From IMG/VR virus record IMGVR_UViG_2974570554_000001: a DNA stretch of 64,000 bases; one strand, 5' to 3'. The stretch is from a virus (Duplodnaviria; Heunggongvirae; Uroviricota; Caudoviricetes; Demerecviridae). The position numbers and the translations under genes are program-made. Below, piece by piece: positions 25,230-34,556 of the stretch; position 1 is the stretch's first letter; every line of letters begins with the position of its first letter. The notes under the pieces were generated by a model. That model was not told where the DNA came from. It saw only the letters and a list, made by a program, of their open reading frames with translations, and made no database searches.

Positions 25230-27689
25230 ATGACAAAATTAACTGTAGGTACTCCTGTCACGTCCCCACTTACTCCGGGGCGTGACGATACCAACATTTG
25301 GCCAACCCACCTAGCTAAATATGGTGGAGGAGGCCTGCATTTTGCTCCTGATATCGCTAGCAGGGATAATTTATCTCTGCCTAGACGAGTTGGAGCAACA
25401 GTATTAGTAGACTCTAATGCTGATGGAGAACGCCAAGCATTTAAGTGGACAGGTGTCAACGATGATGGTACAAAGGCAGATGGTTCACAAGGTACATGGG
25501 AACCCACCGAGCTAGGCACACAAGATACCTTCTCTGGACTTACATTTGTTAATGCAGATGGCAGTACCACATCTGATATCAGCGTGTTAGCGCTTAGCGG
25601 GCTCACGCTAAGCGGAGACCCTACTAATGGGTTTACCTTAACTAGCGACACAAACGGAGGTATCAATATCGGCACTCTTGGTGACGACTCCACCAAGACT
25701 AAAGCAGATACGTTAGAGGTAGAGTGGCCATTACAAGCATATAGTGATCCAGATAAGGCGGATACCGCTAAGGTGTCTTTAAAGCATGGATTATGGCAAT
25801 TAGCTGAAGCCCCTAACTATCTAGCATACCTAAGTGATGAGGAAGGCATCTTAGCTAAAGTTAGAGTACAGGGAGGTAAAACTGAAGAGGACTTTACATT
25901 TAATCATGCTAAGTCTACTAAAGGTAAAATCTGGCCTGATTATGTTATCTGCCCACCAGGAAACTACATCGAGATAAAACGAGATGACAAATTGATTGGG
26001 TTACAAGAGGCAGACGACAAAGACCCTAACATTAGTGGCGGCATGACTTATTATATCGCATTTGTAGTATCTCCTTTAGGTAAAGCTCCTGTTGGGTTAG
26101 GGTTTATTAGACCTTACCTATTCGACGAAGCTAAGGACGATTTCGTAATGGACGTCAACGGGCACCCTCTAGGTACTCAAGTAAACTACAGGTCTGGACA
26201 AAGTCTAAAGCCTTCTGGAAATCCGATACTGGTAACAGGTTTGGTGAACGAGAAAGGCTTGGATGAATTCTCTATGATTGTAGAGGACGACTTCCCAGAA
26301 GGTAAGATTGTACTTGGCGACATGCTGTCCGGCCCAACTGGTATTATGATACAAGCAATTACTAAAGATAGTAAGTCTGGTAGTGCCTTACGCCAGTTCC
26401 AACTAGACACAGGTATAGTGCTAAGAGATGTTATTAAGTGGGTGGATCAAATAGAGTGCTCTCTAGCTTGGGGTATAAAAGGGTATTACGTACCCGCAAC
26501 TTGGATTGCCTCTACTAAAGGTTGGCCAATGCCTAAGCGAGTAAGTTTATTTAATATTACTCCTGCTAAAATTTCTGTAGAAGATGGTTATTTAAGTATC
26601 GCAGCAACTACGGCAAGACAAGAAGATCAGGACAAGTATGGGGAACCTACTGTACCTTGTGATTTCTACGTAAGCGATATTTGTGATGCTGACCATACTA
26701 ACATGATGGGAGGTAAGGAAGTAAGATTTGGGCTAACCTGTAAAGATAGTCTAGAAGATATGATCGTATCTCTAGTCTACTGGGACGGTACTCCAGATGA
26801 ATACTCAGTAGTGTTCGACACTAGAAGTGGCGGTACTCCTGTTCTTAAAGATGGCTGGCATAAGCTTACTGCTACAGAGGTATCTCAAAATACAGTAGGT
26901 AGGGATGTTACCATAATTGGTAAGGCGGTACTTCCAGCAACTGCTACAAACTACGGTGTTATCGCATACCCTAAAACAGTAAATCACAGAGCAGATATTG
27001 AAATCAAAGACTTGTTCTTTGGGGCTGAGACTCCATTTACAGGATTTATATCAAAACGCCCTAAGTACCCTAGTGAAACGGCAATAGAGTACCATGAAGA
27101 AAAAGGTGTATTCTCCCAAGATAATGAGAAATACGTTAGCTTACGCTACACCTTAAACCCAACCAATGGTGACGCACAGGGTAGTCCACTGCCTTGTGGT
27201 GAATTAGTAAGCGGAGCTCTAGATGTTGCGGTAGACCCTAGAGTAAATAAAGTTGCAGGCTCAGGAGCAACTGGCGGTGAGGGTGCGTTGCAGTTCTCAA
27301 ACGATGGTAAGTTCCATAACTACTATGAGTTTAAGAGAAATGGCCAAACAGAGACATCCCATAGTCATGTATTCATACATCCTGGGGAAGCACTAAAAAA
27401 ACCAGGCGACGTAGCTACCGTAAAACTATTCTGGTCTAAGGTATCTTTTGATGGACAATCCTTCTCTAAAATTCCAGCTTCGGAAACAGAGATTATTGTG
27501 AGGTATGGGGATGCTCCGCAGATGGTAGTACTAAATGACTTCTCACTAGACCTACAGGGTGGGGATAGAATAGCATTCAGAGGATGGTGTAGTGTCGCTG
27601 ATGGTGCTTACTTAATCTCTAATAGTAAAACCAGACCACTAGTAAACACCTCTGTTTACTACAAACGTCTAGAGATCAAAAAATCATAA
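25230..27689 (+). CDS. second tail-fibre-like protein (819 aa)
   Basis: G/T/S/D-rich repeats; RBS AAGGAG. Confidence 0.5.
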   Translation: MTKLTVGTPVTSPLTPGRDDTNIWPTHLAKYGGGGLHFAPDIASRDNLSLPRRVGATVLVDSNADGERQAFKWTGVNDDGTKADGSQGTWEPTELGTQDTFSGLTFVNADGSTTSDISVLALSGLTLSGDPTNGFTLTSDTNGGINIGTLGDDSTKTKADTLEVEWPLQAYSDPDKADTAKVSLKHGLWQLAEAPNYLAYLSDEEGILAKVRVQGGKTEEDFTFNHAKSTKGKIWPDYVICPPGNYIEIKRDDKLIGLQEADDKDPNISGGMTYYIAFVVSPLGKAPVGLGFIRPYLFDEAKDDFVMDVNGHPLGTQVNYRSGQSLKPSGNPILVTGLVNEKGLDEFSMIVEDDFPEGKIVLGDMLSGPTGIMIQAITKDSKSGSALRQFQLDTGIVLRDVIKWVDQIECSLAWGIKGYYVPATWIASTKGWPMPKRVSLFNITPAKISVEDGYLSIAATTARQEDQDKYGEPTVPCDFYVSDICDADHTNMMGGKEVRFGLTCKDSLEDMIVSLVYWDGTPDEYSVVFDTRSGGTPVLKDGWHKLTATEVSQNTVGRDVTIIGKAVLPATATNYGVIAYPKTVNHRADIEIKDLFFGAETPFTGFISKRPKYPSETAIEYHEEKGVFSQDNEKYVSLRYTLNPTNGDAQGSPLPCGELVSGALDVAVDPRVNKVAGSGATGGEGALQFSNDGKFHNYYEFKRNGQTETSHSHVFIHPGEALKKPGDVATVKLFWSKVSFDGQSFSKIPASETEIIVRYGDAPQMVVLNDFSLDLQGGDRIAFRGWCSVADGAYLISNSKTRPLVNTSVYYKRLEIKKS

Positions 27690-27690
27690 A

Positions 27691-27716
27691 AGAGGGGTGA
27701 AAGCCCCTATTATAGG
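27691..27716 (+). terminator. putative terminator
   Basis: agaggggtgaaagcccct hairpin. Confidence 0.35.
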
Positions 27717-27724
27717 TAAAAACT

Positions 27725-28195
27725 ATGAATAAACTAAAACTACTAACGTTAGCAGTACTAGCATCAGTAGGTATGAGCGGAGCAGCTCTAGCAAATACAG
27801 TTAACGCTGACTTCTCTACAAGCCTACAAAGTTACTGTACTATTGGTCAAACCTCCCCAGGTATTATGCACCTAGATGGTAAAGCACTTACTACAGATAC
27901 TCCTGCGCAACTTGTTGTAAACAACAACGATGCTGGTGTTTATCAAGTAAGTATTAATGCTCCTGCTGACTTTACAAATAAACCAAATAGCTATGCAGGT
28001 ACTACATCGTTTACCTCAGCATTTGGTCTACAAGGTCAAAACGATACAGACAACCCTGTTGCTAACGGTGCAACTCATGCGCTAGCTAACAGTGGTACTG
28101 ATAATATGAGTGTATCTCTATTTGGTACTTCTACAACTGACTTTACGGCAGGTAACTACTCGGCGGTAGTTGTAGCATCATGCGTGGCTCAGTAA
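27725..28195 (+). CDS. secreted pilin/adhesin-like protein
   Basis: Signal peptide ...SGAALA; mature protein rich in T/S/N with a Cys pair (YCT...SCVAQ). Confidence 0.45.
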   Translation: MNKLKLLTLAVLASVGMSGAALANTVNADFSTSLQSYCTIGQTSPGIMHLDGKALTTDTPAQLVVNNNDAGVYQVSINAPADFTNKPNSYAGTTSFTSAFGLQGQNDTDNPVANGATHALANSGTDNMSVSLFGTSTTDFTAGNYSAVVVASCVAQ

Positions 28196-28587
28196 TACTA
28201 TTAAGCCTATTAATCTCAGGGTGGGCAAATGCGCTCACCCTGTCACCAATGTATAAAGATGACTTGGTGTACCAGGATTTATATATGGCTAAGTTTAAAC
28301 TAGAGAATAATGGAGCAGATCTACAAGAGTACGATGTATCATTGCATAAAGAATCCCCAGAAGGCGAAATACTATATACTTCAGAGGATGTACTAGGTGG
28401 TGATGGATATAAATCTTTAAGTGTTCCTATTTACGATATAAAACCAGATAAGTTACAAAAGTATTATATATGTGTAACGGAAAAGCCTAAGGAGAACCAA
28501 AAATGGGGTGTAGTTGGAAGAGCTTGTGCAAAAGTGCGATTATATTGGCCACAATCACAGCTACGTCAGTTAGCGCAGCAGGATTAA
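28180..28587 (+). CDS. secreted protein
   Basis: Signal peptide MRGSVILLSLLISGWANA. Confidence 0.4.
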   Translation: MRGSVILLSLLISGWANALTLSPMYKDDLVYQDLYMAKFKLENNGADLQEYDVSLHKESPEGEILYTSEDVLGGDGYKSLSVPIYDIKPDKLQKYYICVTEKPKENQKWGVVGRACAKVRLYWPQSQLRQLAQQD

Positions 28588-28880
28588 TTCCTAGCCCAGA
28601 GCTACCTTACGGTAATGATTCAATACGTACACCTGATGGTTTCCAATGTTCTAGCGCCATAGCTCCCTCTGCTTACATGGATGCTGGTGTGTACCAAGAA
28701 GATGATAATAGTAAGTATGGGGACCCTGATAGGGGTGTGTACGTACGAATAATGGTACCATTATACAGTGGTACTAAGAGGCTTGATTGTAGTCAGCTTT
28801 ACAAACAAGCATTAAAGGAGAGACAGCGTGAGCAAGCTCTCAGCAATATTAAAGACAACGTGTTTAAGTCTAATAATTAG
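28503..28880 (+). CDS. secreted protein
   Basis: Signal peptide ...TATSVSAAG; RBS AAGGAG; overlaps the previous ORF by 85 nt. Confidence 0.4.
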   Translation: MGCSWKSLCKSAIILATITATSVSAAGLIPSPELPYGNDSIRTPDGFQCSSAIAPSAYMDAGVYQEDDNSKYGDPDRGVYVRIMVPLYSGTKRLDCSQLYKQALKERQREQALSNIKDNVFKSNN

Positions 28881-29031
28881 TGGCTGTACATTTAACTTTA
28901 CTATAGACACAGATTATGCATCACAAAGAGATCATGGTGGACCAATTGAAGAAGAAGTCACAACTCATAACAAAACTGAGACAGATCCTAATGTCGACGC
29001 GAACATAGAAGTTCCTGGAGCAGCCCTATGA
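28828..29031 (+). CDS. small lipoprotein (Llp-like candidate)
   Basis: Lipobox LIISGC; 67 aa; located immediately after the fibre genes. Confidence 0.45.
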   Translation: MSKLSAILKTTCLSLIISGCTFNFTIDTDYASQRDHGGPIEEEVTTHNKTETDPNVDANIEVPGAAL

Positions 29032-29237
29032 GATTATCCCCAGATGTGGAAAGAATCCTAGAGGCTATTAACACCATAAAAGGTGGAGCAAGTATTGTTC
29101 CAGAAGACATAGACTCTGCAGTTAGTCACGTACTATCAGGCTTACCTAAAAATGCTCGAATGGAGTGTATAGGCATGAGACCTGAACAGAAACGTGCATT
29201 TTTACTTGGGTATGCAGCATGTATGCGCTTTCAATAA
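29028..29237 (+). CDS. hypothetical protein
   Basis: ATGA coupling; 69 aa. Confidence 0.35.
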   Translation: MRLSPDVERILEAINTIKGGASIVPEDIDSAVSHVLSGLPKNARMECIGMRPEQKRAFLLGYAACMRFQ

Positions 29238-29325
29238 TATCAGCAGCAACATGTACTAGTTATATACTAGATTGGAGTATACCAAAATCATTAGCAGTAT
29301 TATTTATTACTCTATTAATTATATA

Positions 29326-29354
29326 AGCCGAGGTTAAAAGCCTCGGCTTTTTAT
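29326..29354 (+). terminator. rho-independent terminator
   Basis: aagccgagg-ttaaaag-cctcggctt hairpin followed by TTTTATTT. Confidence 0.6.
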
Positions 29355-29461
29355 TTGTTACATGTCCATAACACTTCTCCCCACAAGTTCTTAACATCTC
29401 TATTAATTGTCTTGAAATTGAGACATTTATATTATATACTAACAATTGGAGGTGTTTATAT

Positions 29462-30133
29462 ATGAACAAAATGAATCTTTTAGCCTCTCTATATGCTTTA
29501 TTGCAGGATATAAAAGATCCAAAAACTCTGTTAATGAGAGTAATTTCTATTTTTATTCTCTTGGTTAGCTACCTAATAGTAACCAATCAGAGCACCTTCT
29601 TTGACTTTGCAAAAAACTTTTCTAGAACTACCGTTGTAGAGCAAGTACAGGCTGAAAGAGTAGCGCAATATCCTAGGGTTGCCAAGGAGAAAGCTTCAAT
29701 GCTATACGTGCAAGCTAACTCTGATGCTGTATTTATCGCAGAATATACGCCTAAGTTTATTAATAACTATCAGGATATTATAGCTTGGGAAGGTAGAATA
29801 AACGTAGATCCGTCTAAACTAAGAAAAGCAGTTATTGATAAATCAAGCACCACTTACCAAAATCATTTGGTTGGTCGCAATGAGGTAGTAACCTTTGAAA
29901 ATAACTCACCAATACGTGGGGCATTTGTAACTAATGGACTAGAGTATGAAGCTCTAGGAATAAAATATATGTACACTTGCCCTATATTCAACCAGGCTAA
30001 TAGTTACTCTGGTTACATTGGTATAGCATGGGCGGATAAACCGTTTGAAGATAAAAACGAAAAGGCTCTATTGGAAGCATACCTAGAAAGAGTATGTAAT
30101 CCACAAGCAAGGGCACTGGGGAGATCTAAGTAA
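29462..30133 (+). CDS. holin-like membrane protein (large T5-type holin?)
   Basis: N-terminal TM segment; directly precedes the endolysin; 223 aa. Confidence 0.4.
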   Translation: MNKMNLLASLYALLQDIKDPKTLLMRVISIFILLVSYLIVTNQSTFFDFAKNFSRTTVVEQVQAERVAQYPRVAKEKASMLYVQANSDAVFIAEYTPKFINNYQDIIAWEGRINVDPSKLRKAVIDKSSTTYQNHLVGRNEVVTFENNSPIRGAFVTNGLEYEALGIKYMYTCPIFNQANSYSGYIGIAWADKPFEDKNEKALLEAYLERVCNPQARALGRSK

Positions 30134-30134
30134 T

Positions 30135-30524
30135 ATGGGTTGGTCATTACCTTTCGGAAAACTATGGACTGGATTCAGTCGTAAAGAGTTTGCATGTAAA
30201 TGTGGTTGTGGTTACGATACTGTAGACGCTGAATTACTAGCTGTACTCAAGAAGTTGAAAAAACACTTTAAGAATAAGGCGGTATTTATTGATAGTGGTT
30301 GCAGATGTGTACAACATAACAAGAAAATCGGGGGTACTCCTAAGTCTAGTCATTTATCTGGTAGGGCAGCAGATATTAGAGTAGCTGGGGTATTTCCAGA
30401 TATGGTAGCGGAGTATTTATTGGAAACATATCCCGATAAATATGGTATTGGACGATACCGATCATTTACGCATATTGATACTAGAAAAGGAAAAGCACGT
30501 TGGGATAACCGTGCTAAACTGTAA
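30135..30524 (+). CDS. endolysin, peptidase M15-type L-alanoyl-D-glutamate peptidase
   Basis: SSHLSGRAADI...FTHIDTR show the Zn-ligand pattern H..D...H of VanY/M15 peptidases; 129 aa like the T5 lysin. Confidence 0.7.
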   Translation: MGWSLPFGKLWTGFSRKEFACKCGCGYDTVDAELLAVLKKLKKHFKNKAVFIDSGCRCVQHNKKIGGTPKSSHLSGRAADIRVAGVFPDMVAEYLLETYPDKYGIGRYRSFTHIDTRKGKARWDNRAKL

Positions 30525-30527
30525 TCT

Positions 30528-30555
30528 ATGGGAGCTTCGGCTCCCATTTTTTATT
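30528..30555 (+). terminator. rho-independent terminator
   Basis: atgggagc-ttcg-gctcccat hairpin followed by TTTTTTATTTTT. Confidence 0.65.
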
Positions 30556-30562
30556 TTTGAAT

Positions 30563-30590
30563 TGTCAACTTACAAAAATTTTCATATAAT
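30563..30590 (+). promoter_or_regulatory. T5-type promoter variant
   Basis: -35 TTGTCA at 30563, -10 TATAAT at 30585. Confidence 0.5.
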
Positions 30591-30614
30591 ATATAAAGAA
30601 ATTAAGGAGAGCTT

Positions 30615-31076
30615 ATGAAGATTGAAAAATTAGAACATCTACTGGCAACAGCAGAACAATGGGCAAAAGACCTACATCATGGACAAACATATGCTTTCGG
30701 TGACGATTACTTCGAAGCTCACATTAAGGAAGTAGAGAAGATGGTAATAGAGCTTACTAGAAGTGATTCATTCACACGAACTGAGCGTTACCTAGCACGT
30801 ATCGTAGCACTACTGCATGACGCTGTAGAAGATACAGACTGCACTATCGCAGAGATTCAACGCACATTTGGTACTCGTATTGCACAGTGTGTAATGAACC
30901 TAACCAAAGTAGATAAAGAGTCTTGGGAATCGCAATGGTCTAGAGCTACACGTGACCCTATCTCTCTGGTAGGTAAGAAAGCAGACATAATGGTTAACCT
31001 TCGCGTTTCTTTGGCAAACAACCGTGCAAACCTGATTGATAAATACACAACTGGCTTACGTTATTTATCTCTTTAA
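30615..31076 (+). CDS. HD-domain phosphohydrolase (SpoT/Mesh1-like small alarmone hydrolase?)
   Basis: HHGQTY...ALLHDAVEDT fit the His...HD...D motif of the RelA/SpoT-type HD hydrolase domain. Confidence 0.5.
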   Translation: MKIEKLEHLLATAEQWAKDLHHGQTYAFGDDYFEAHIKEVEKMVIELTRSDSFTRTERYLARIVALLHDAVEDTDCTIAEIQRTFGTRIAQCVMNLTKVDKESWESQWSRATRDPISLVGKKADIMVNLRVSLANNRANLIDKYTTGLRYLSL

Positions 31077-31105
31077 TTGCCAAACATCGTTAAATAACGT
31101 ATAAT
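31077..31105 (+). promoter_or_regulatory. T5-type early promoter
   Basis: -35 TTGCCA at 31077, -10 TATAAT at 31100; leader variant GAGAAATGGAGATTGTC. Confidence 0.6.
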
Positions 31106-31124
31106 AGTTACATAAAGTTGAGAA

Positions 31125-32177
31125 ATGGAGATTGTCTTGAATATTTTCGTATTAGACCTAGACCCCAAGCTAGCAGCACAGTATCACTGTGATAAGCATA
31201 TTATTTCTCAAATGAAAGAAAGTGTACAGATGTTATGTACTGCTATGATTCATTGGGGTAACAAACCGCCACTTAATAAATCTGGTGAGCCTTATAAGAA
31301 AGCTCACGAAAACCATCCGTGCACTAAATGGGTACGTGACGGTATTGACAACTATCAATGGCTATGGGATTTGACTTATGCGCTTGTCGAAGAAGCTGAG
31401 TATCGTTTTGGTAATACATACCATATTGCAAGTATTATACGTGATGGCTCACTACCTCGCTTACCAGAGCAACATCCCACACCCCGTACTCGTACACCTT
31501 TCGCTAATGCTACAGCAGATTGGCTTAAGTCTAGTGACAATTGGGAAGATAAGTCGTCTTTCGTGACGCTTAACGCTGTTGATATTTATCGTCTTTACTA
31601 CATTGTAGATAAGATGCACATGACAGCAGTTGATATGGGTGAGCAAAACCTACATTGGCAATCTAAGCATACTCTAGGCGAAGAGTTCACTGAGTATTCT
31701 ATTTGGACAAAACGTGGAGCACCAGAATTTATGAGTGATCGTTTCTATGCACAGCAATGTGAATACTTTGGTATCAAACCAGCACAGCTTATTCATATGG
31801 GTCGTTACCCAGAATCAGACGAAGCCAAAAAGCTTAAAGCTAAAATGGAGCGTAAACTAGGCAAGAAAGCTTCTGGTTCTATTACAGCTACCAAAGCTAA
31901 AAAGACAACCAAAGCCGATGTTCTAGTAGACGTACGTGAGCTTATGGGTCACGATGGTATGGATTGCCTACTTAAACTTACGTTACCAGACTTACAGAAA
32001 CTAAAGCTGGCACTTGTTGCTATGCACGAGAATCAAGTAGAATGCCCAGATATGCCAACTGGTCGTACAAAAGCGCCTTTTATTAAAGCACTAAACACGC
32101 TTTTCAATAGCGACATTGACTTCAATAAAATGACTATCGCAGGTCTTAAAGAAGTTCTTGAGCATTTCGGTGCTTAA
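31125..32177 (+). CDS. hypothetical two-domain protein (K/A-rich linker)
   Basis: ATG 31125 was created inside the leader (AACGG to AATGG); the paralogous start position is TTG 31137. Confidence 0.5.
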   Translation: MEIVLNIFVLDLDPKLAAQYHCDKHIISQMKESVQMLCTAMIHWGNKPPLNKSGEPYKKAHENHPCTKWVRDGIDNYQWLWDLTYALVEEAEYRFGNTYHIASIIRDGSLPRLPEQHPTPRTRTPFANATADWLKSSDNWEDKSSFVTLNAVDIYRLYYIVDKMHMTAVDMGEQNLHWQSKHTLGEEFTEYSIWTKRGAPEFMSDRFYAQQCEYFGIKPAQLIHMGRYPESDEAKKLKAKMERKLGKKASGSITATKAKKTTKADVLVDVRELMGHDGMDCLLKLTLPDLQKLKLALVAMHENQVECPDMPTGRTKAPFIKALNTLFNSDIDFNKMTIAGLKEVLEHFGA

Positions 32178-32192
32178 TAAATAAAACTTGAT

Positions 32193-32221
32193 TTGCTAAA
32201 ACATCTAAATTTTTATATAAT
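32193..32221 (+). promoter_or_regulatory. T5-type early promoter
   Basis: -35 TTGCTA at 32193, -10 TATAAT at 32216. Confidence 0.6.
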
Positions 32222-32248
32222 ATACGCATAGTTTGAAAGGAGATTAGC

Positions 32249-32554
32249 ATGGCTAAAGAAGAATTTGAAAAACCAGCAAATGATTACGACAAACCTGAGC
32301 TTGTGTACGCAGTTACTTTGCTGCTTAACCTACACGACATGCCACAGGAAGTAAACAAACTTTCTAAAAAGGCACTATGGCGTATTTATGATGCATTCCA
32401 AGAGCGTGGCAATGCATTTGCAAACATCGAAGACGACCTTCGTAAAGCAGAACGAGAACGAAACGAATGGCAAACTCGTGCAGTAGTAGCAGAACGAAAA
32501 GTTAAGAAAATGGAAGGAGCACGACATGGTAAACGTACCAAGCCACGTAAATAA
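32249..32554 (+). CDS. hypothetical protein
   Basis: 101 aa; RBS AAGGAGAT. Confidence 0.5.
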   Translation: MAKEEFEKPANDYDKPELVYAVTLLLNLHDMPQEVNKLSKKALWRIYDAFQERGNAFANIEDDLRKAERERNEWQTRAVVAERKVKKMEGARHGKRTKPRK

Positions 32555-32726
32555 CACTCTACCACCAGTAGACTTATTTATCTATGTTAAGGTGGAGGGT
32601 GAGTTCAAGCGTGTTAAACGTAAGACTTGGGCTACATCTAATCATCCAAACCATATTGAAGTCTTCGATGAAGAAGACAATTCTTACCTAGTTAAGATGG
32701 AGAAAGTACAATGGTTCTATCCTTAG
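32526..32726 (+). CDS. hypothetical protein
   Basis: 66 aa; overlaps the upstream gene end. Confidence 0.3.
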   Translation: MVNVPSHVNNTLPPVDLFIYVKVEGEFKRVKRKTWATSNHPNHIEVFDEEDNSYLVKMEKVQWFYP

Positions 32727-32905
32727 AGACAACTTTACTAGTAGTTGGTACAGTAGCTACTGTAGCCAACACGCTAACTAACGGTTTTACAGCAGACTTA
32801 TATAATAGTGTGTGTATCTTATTCGCTATCTGGGATATGAACAGATGGCTAGACGAAGGTTGGACTACTTCTAACCTACGTAAATACTTCTTTGGAGACA
32901 AGTAG
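32711..32905 (+). CDS. small membrane protein
   Basis: Hydrophobic N-terminus. Confidence 0.3.
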   Translation: MVLSLETTLLVVGTVATVANTLTNGFTADLYNSVCILFAIWDMNRWLDEGWTTSNLRKYFFGDK

Positions 32906-33276
32906 TGTCAACAGAATTAAAGGACTTTTTGGTAGAAAAGATTCTACCCCAATACTGCGAGGAGACTAATTCGTTCTCCCCGCAAATTCAAGAAGAATAT
33001 CTGACCAAGGAAGGTTGGCTAGATAAATCTTACATATGTAAAAGCTTAAAGCTGCATATGTCAACTGCTACTTTTCGTAAAGTAGTAAAACATGTATTTG
33101 ATGAAGCACAATTCATCCAGATGCCTACGGAAACCGAACTAACAAAAGAAGAGTTCCTAGAACATTATGAGTTCGAGAAATTCCCATTCGGTCGTGGTTG
33201 GATTGGCTATATGTACGGACTAACTGGTAAGGTGGTTAAACGTGAAGATGTATTTAAGTGGATTTGCAGTCCTTAG
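32905..33276 (+). CDS. hypothetical protein
   Basis: 123 aa. Confidence 0.45.
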   Translation: MSTELKDFLVEKILPQYCEETNSFSPQIQEEYLTKEGWLDKSYICKSLKLHMSTATFRKVVKHVFDEAQFIQMPTETELTKEEFLEHYEFEKFPFGRGWIGYMYGLTGKVVKREDVFKWICSP

Positions 33277-33493
33277 TTTCTGTGTATCTAGTTTCTTTGC
33301 AGGAGCTTATGTACAACGCTTACGACTAGAGGCGGAGAAACCCGCATTCCCATTACGGGCAATTCAAGCAACGTGTACAAAAACAAACGACTGCACCATT
33401 TTTCTATACCAAAACAAACCAGAGATTCAATCCGTAGCTTCGGGTAAAGATCAAACGCCTAGAAAGGCAAAAACGGTAATAGTGAGAAACTAA
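33242..33493 (+). CDS. hypothetical secreted/membrane protein
   Basis: Hydrophobic N-terminus. Confidence 0.3.
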   Translation: MKMYLSGFAVLSFCVSSFFAGAYVQRLRLEAEKPAFPLRAIQATCTKTNDCTIFLYQNKPEIQSVASGKDQTPRKAKTVIVRN

Positions 33494-33494
33494 T

Positions 33495-33818
33495 ATGAAG
33501 ATGATAGTACCGCAAGACCCCATTGATACTCTAATGACTAGAGAAGATTTCATCAAGCGAGTAGAGGAGTGCGTAAACTCAGAGAACCTTCGCCTAGTTG
33601 GAATCACTCTATTCAACATCACCAATATCAATGCAAAAGCAGGTTCACATATCTTGCAAGCACTAGCGTTGTTAAAACCTATTGCGCTAGAAAATCCTGA
33701 GCTTGCTGCAAAAATCAACAGAGAGCTAGTAGCTGCTTCCAATACTCTGAAACAGCTTACTCAGCATTTCGAAATCGAAAAAGCAATGGGAGAGAAGCTC
33801 CATGAAACACAACATTAA
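33495..33818 (+). CDS. hypothetical protein
   Basis: 107 aa. Confidence 0.45.
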   Translation: MKMIVPQDPIDTLMTREDFIKRVEECVNSENLRLVGITLFNITNINAKAGSHILQALALLKPIALENPELAAKINRELVAASNTLKQLTQHFEIEKAMGEKLHETQH

Positions 33819-34017
33819 TTTACCCGAAATTAACAAGTTTCTGGACACTACCCATGAAAAGAACCTAGAAAGGCTACGTGCTAAGTTAGCTAAAGGTGAG
33901 TGGCATTGGTTATTCCCAGATAATTGGGTTAACGATGCCGCCAATCGTAACGTACTATTCCACGCTATCAACGCTAAACTAATGCCTAAGCCTAAGTTCT
34001 TCGGGAGCGCCAGTTAA
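33802..34017 (+). CDS. hypothetical protein
   Basis: 71 aa. Confidence 0.4.
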   Translation: MKHNINLPEINKFLDTTHEKNLERLRAKLAKGEWHWLFPDNWVNDAANRNVLFHAINAKLMPKPKFFGSAS

Positions 34018-34180
34018 AAATGAGTTGGATAGGCATAACAGCCCTGGTGTCGCTATTTGTAGTCTTTGCGGCACTTATTAGCGCGTATAGCAGAGGGTAT
34101 GCTGTAGGCTACAAGGATGGTGAGGAATCAGGGCAAGTATTAAGTTCACTGGAGTCTCTCAAGCCAGTGGAGGAGAAAAA

Positions 34181-34495
34181 ATGAAAGGCTCAATGAAACT
34201 TAAATTCGACCTAGGTTGGGTTTTCTCTGTAACACTTGCAGTAGGTGTAATTATGTTCGGAGCTGCTAGGCTTAGTCTGGCAATGGAAGCACAAGAACGT
34301 TTAGCAACCTCGTGTCAACTGTTCGAAGAAAGTTTATATGATGCTGTAGAGAAAGATCCAGGTGACAAGCGTGGTATAATAACCGCACGTTGTATTAATG
34401 AGTATAAAAAGCCTACCTTGGCAATCGCTCTAGATACAGATAAGTGGTCTTACCAAGAAATTTACGCTAAAGCGGTAAGAACTTTAAAGATGTAG
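34181..34495 (+). CDS. membrane-anchored protein
   Basis: RBS GGAGGAGAAAAA; TM helix. Confidence 0.45.
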   Translation: MKGSMKLKFDLGWVFSVTLAVGVIMFGAARLSLAMEAQERLATSCQLFEESLYDAVEKDPGDKRGIITARCINEYKKPTLAIALDTDKWSYQEIYAKAVRTLKM

Positions 34496-34524
34496 TTGCT
34501 AAACAACCTGAAATTCTCTATAAT
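34496..34524 (+). promoter_or_regulatory. T5-type early promoter
   Basis: -35 TTGCTA at 34496, -10 TATAAT at 34519. Confidence 0.6.
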
Positions 34525-34556
34525 ATATACATAAATTAAAGAGAAGGAAGATTAAA

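Noticed and set aside
31125-32177. N-terminal region LDLDPKLAAQYHCDKH as a pyrimidine-dimer glycosylase (EndoV/DenV-like) signature
   Set aside because: Only a short, loose resemblance to the DenV LSDQHLLAEHRE motif. Not enough to annotate without a profile search.
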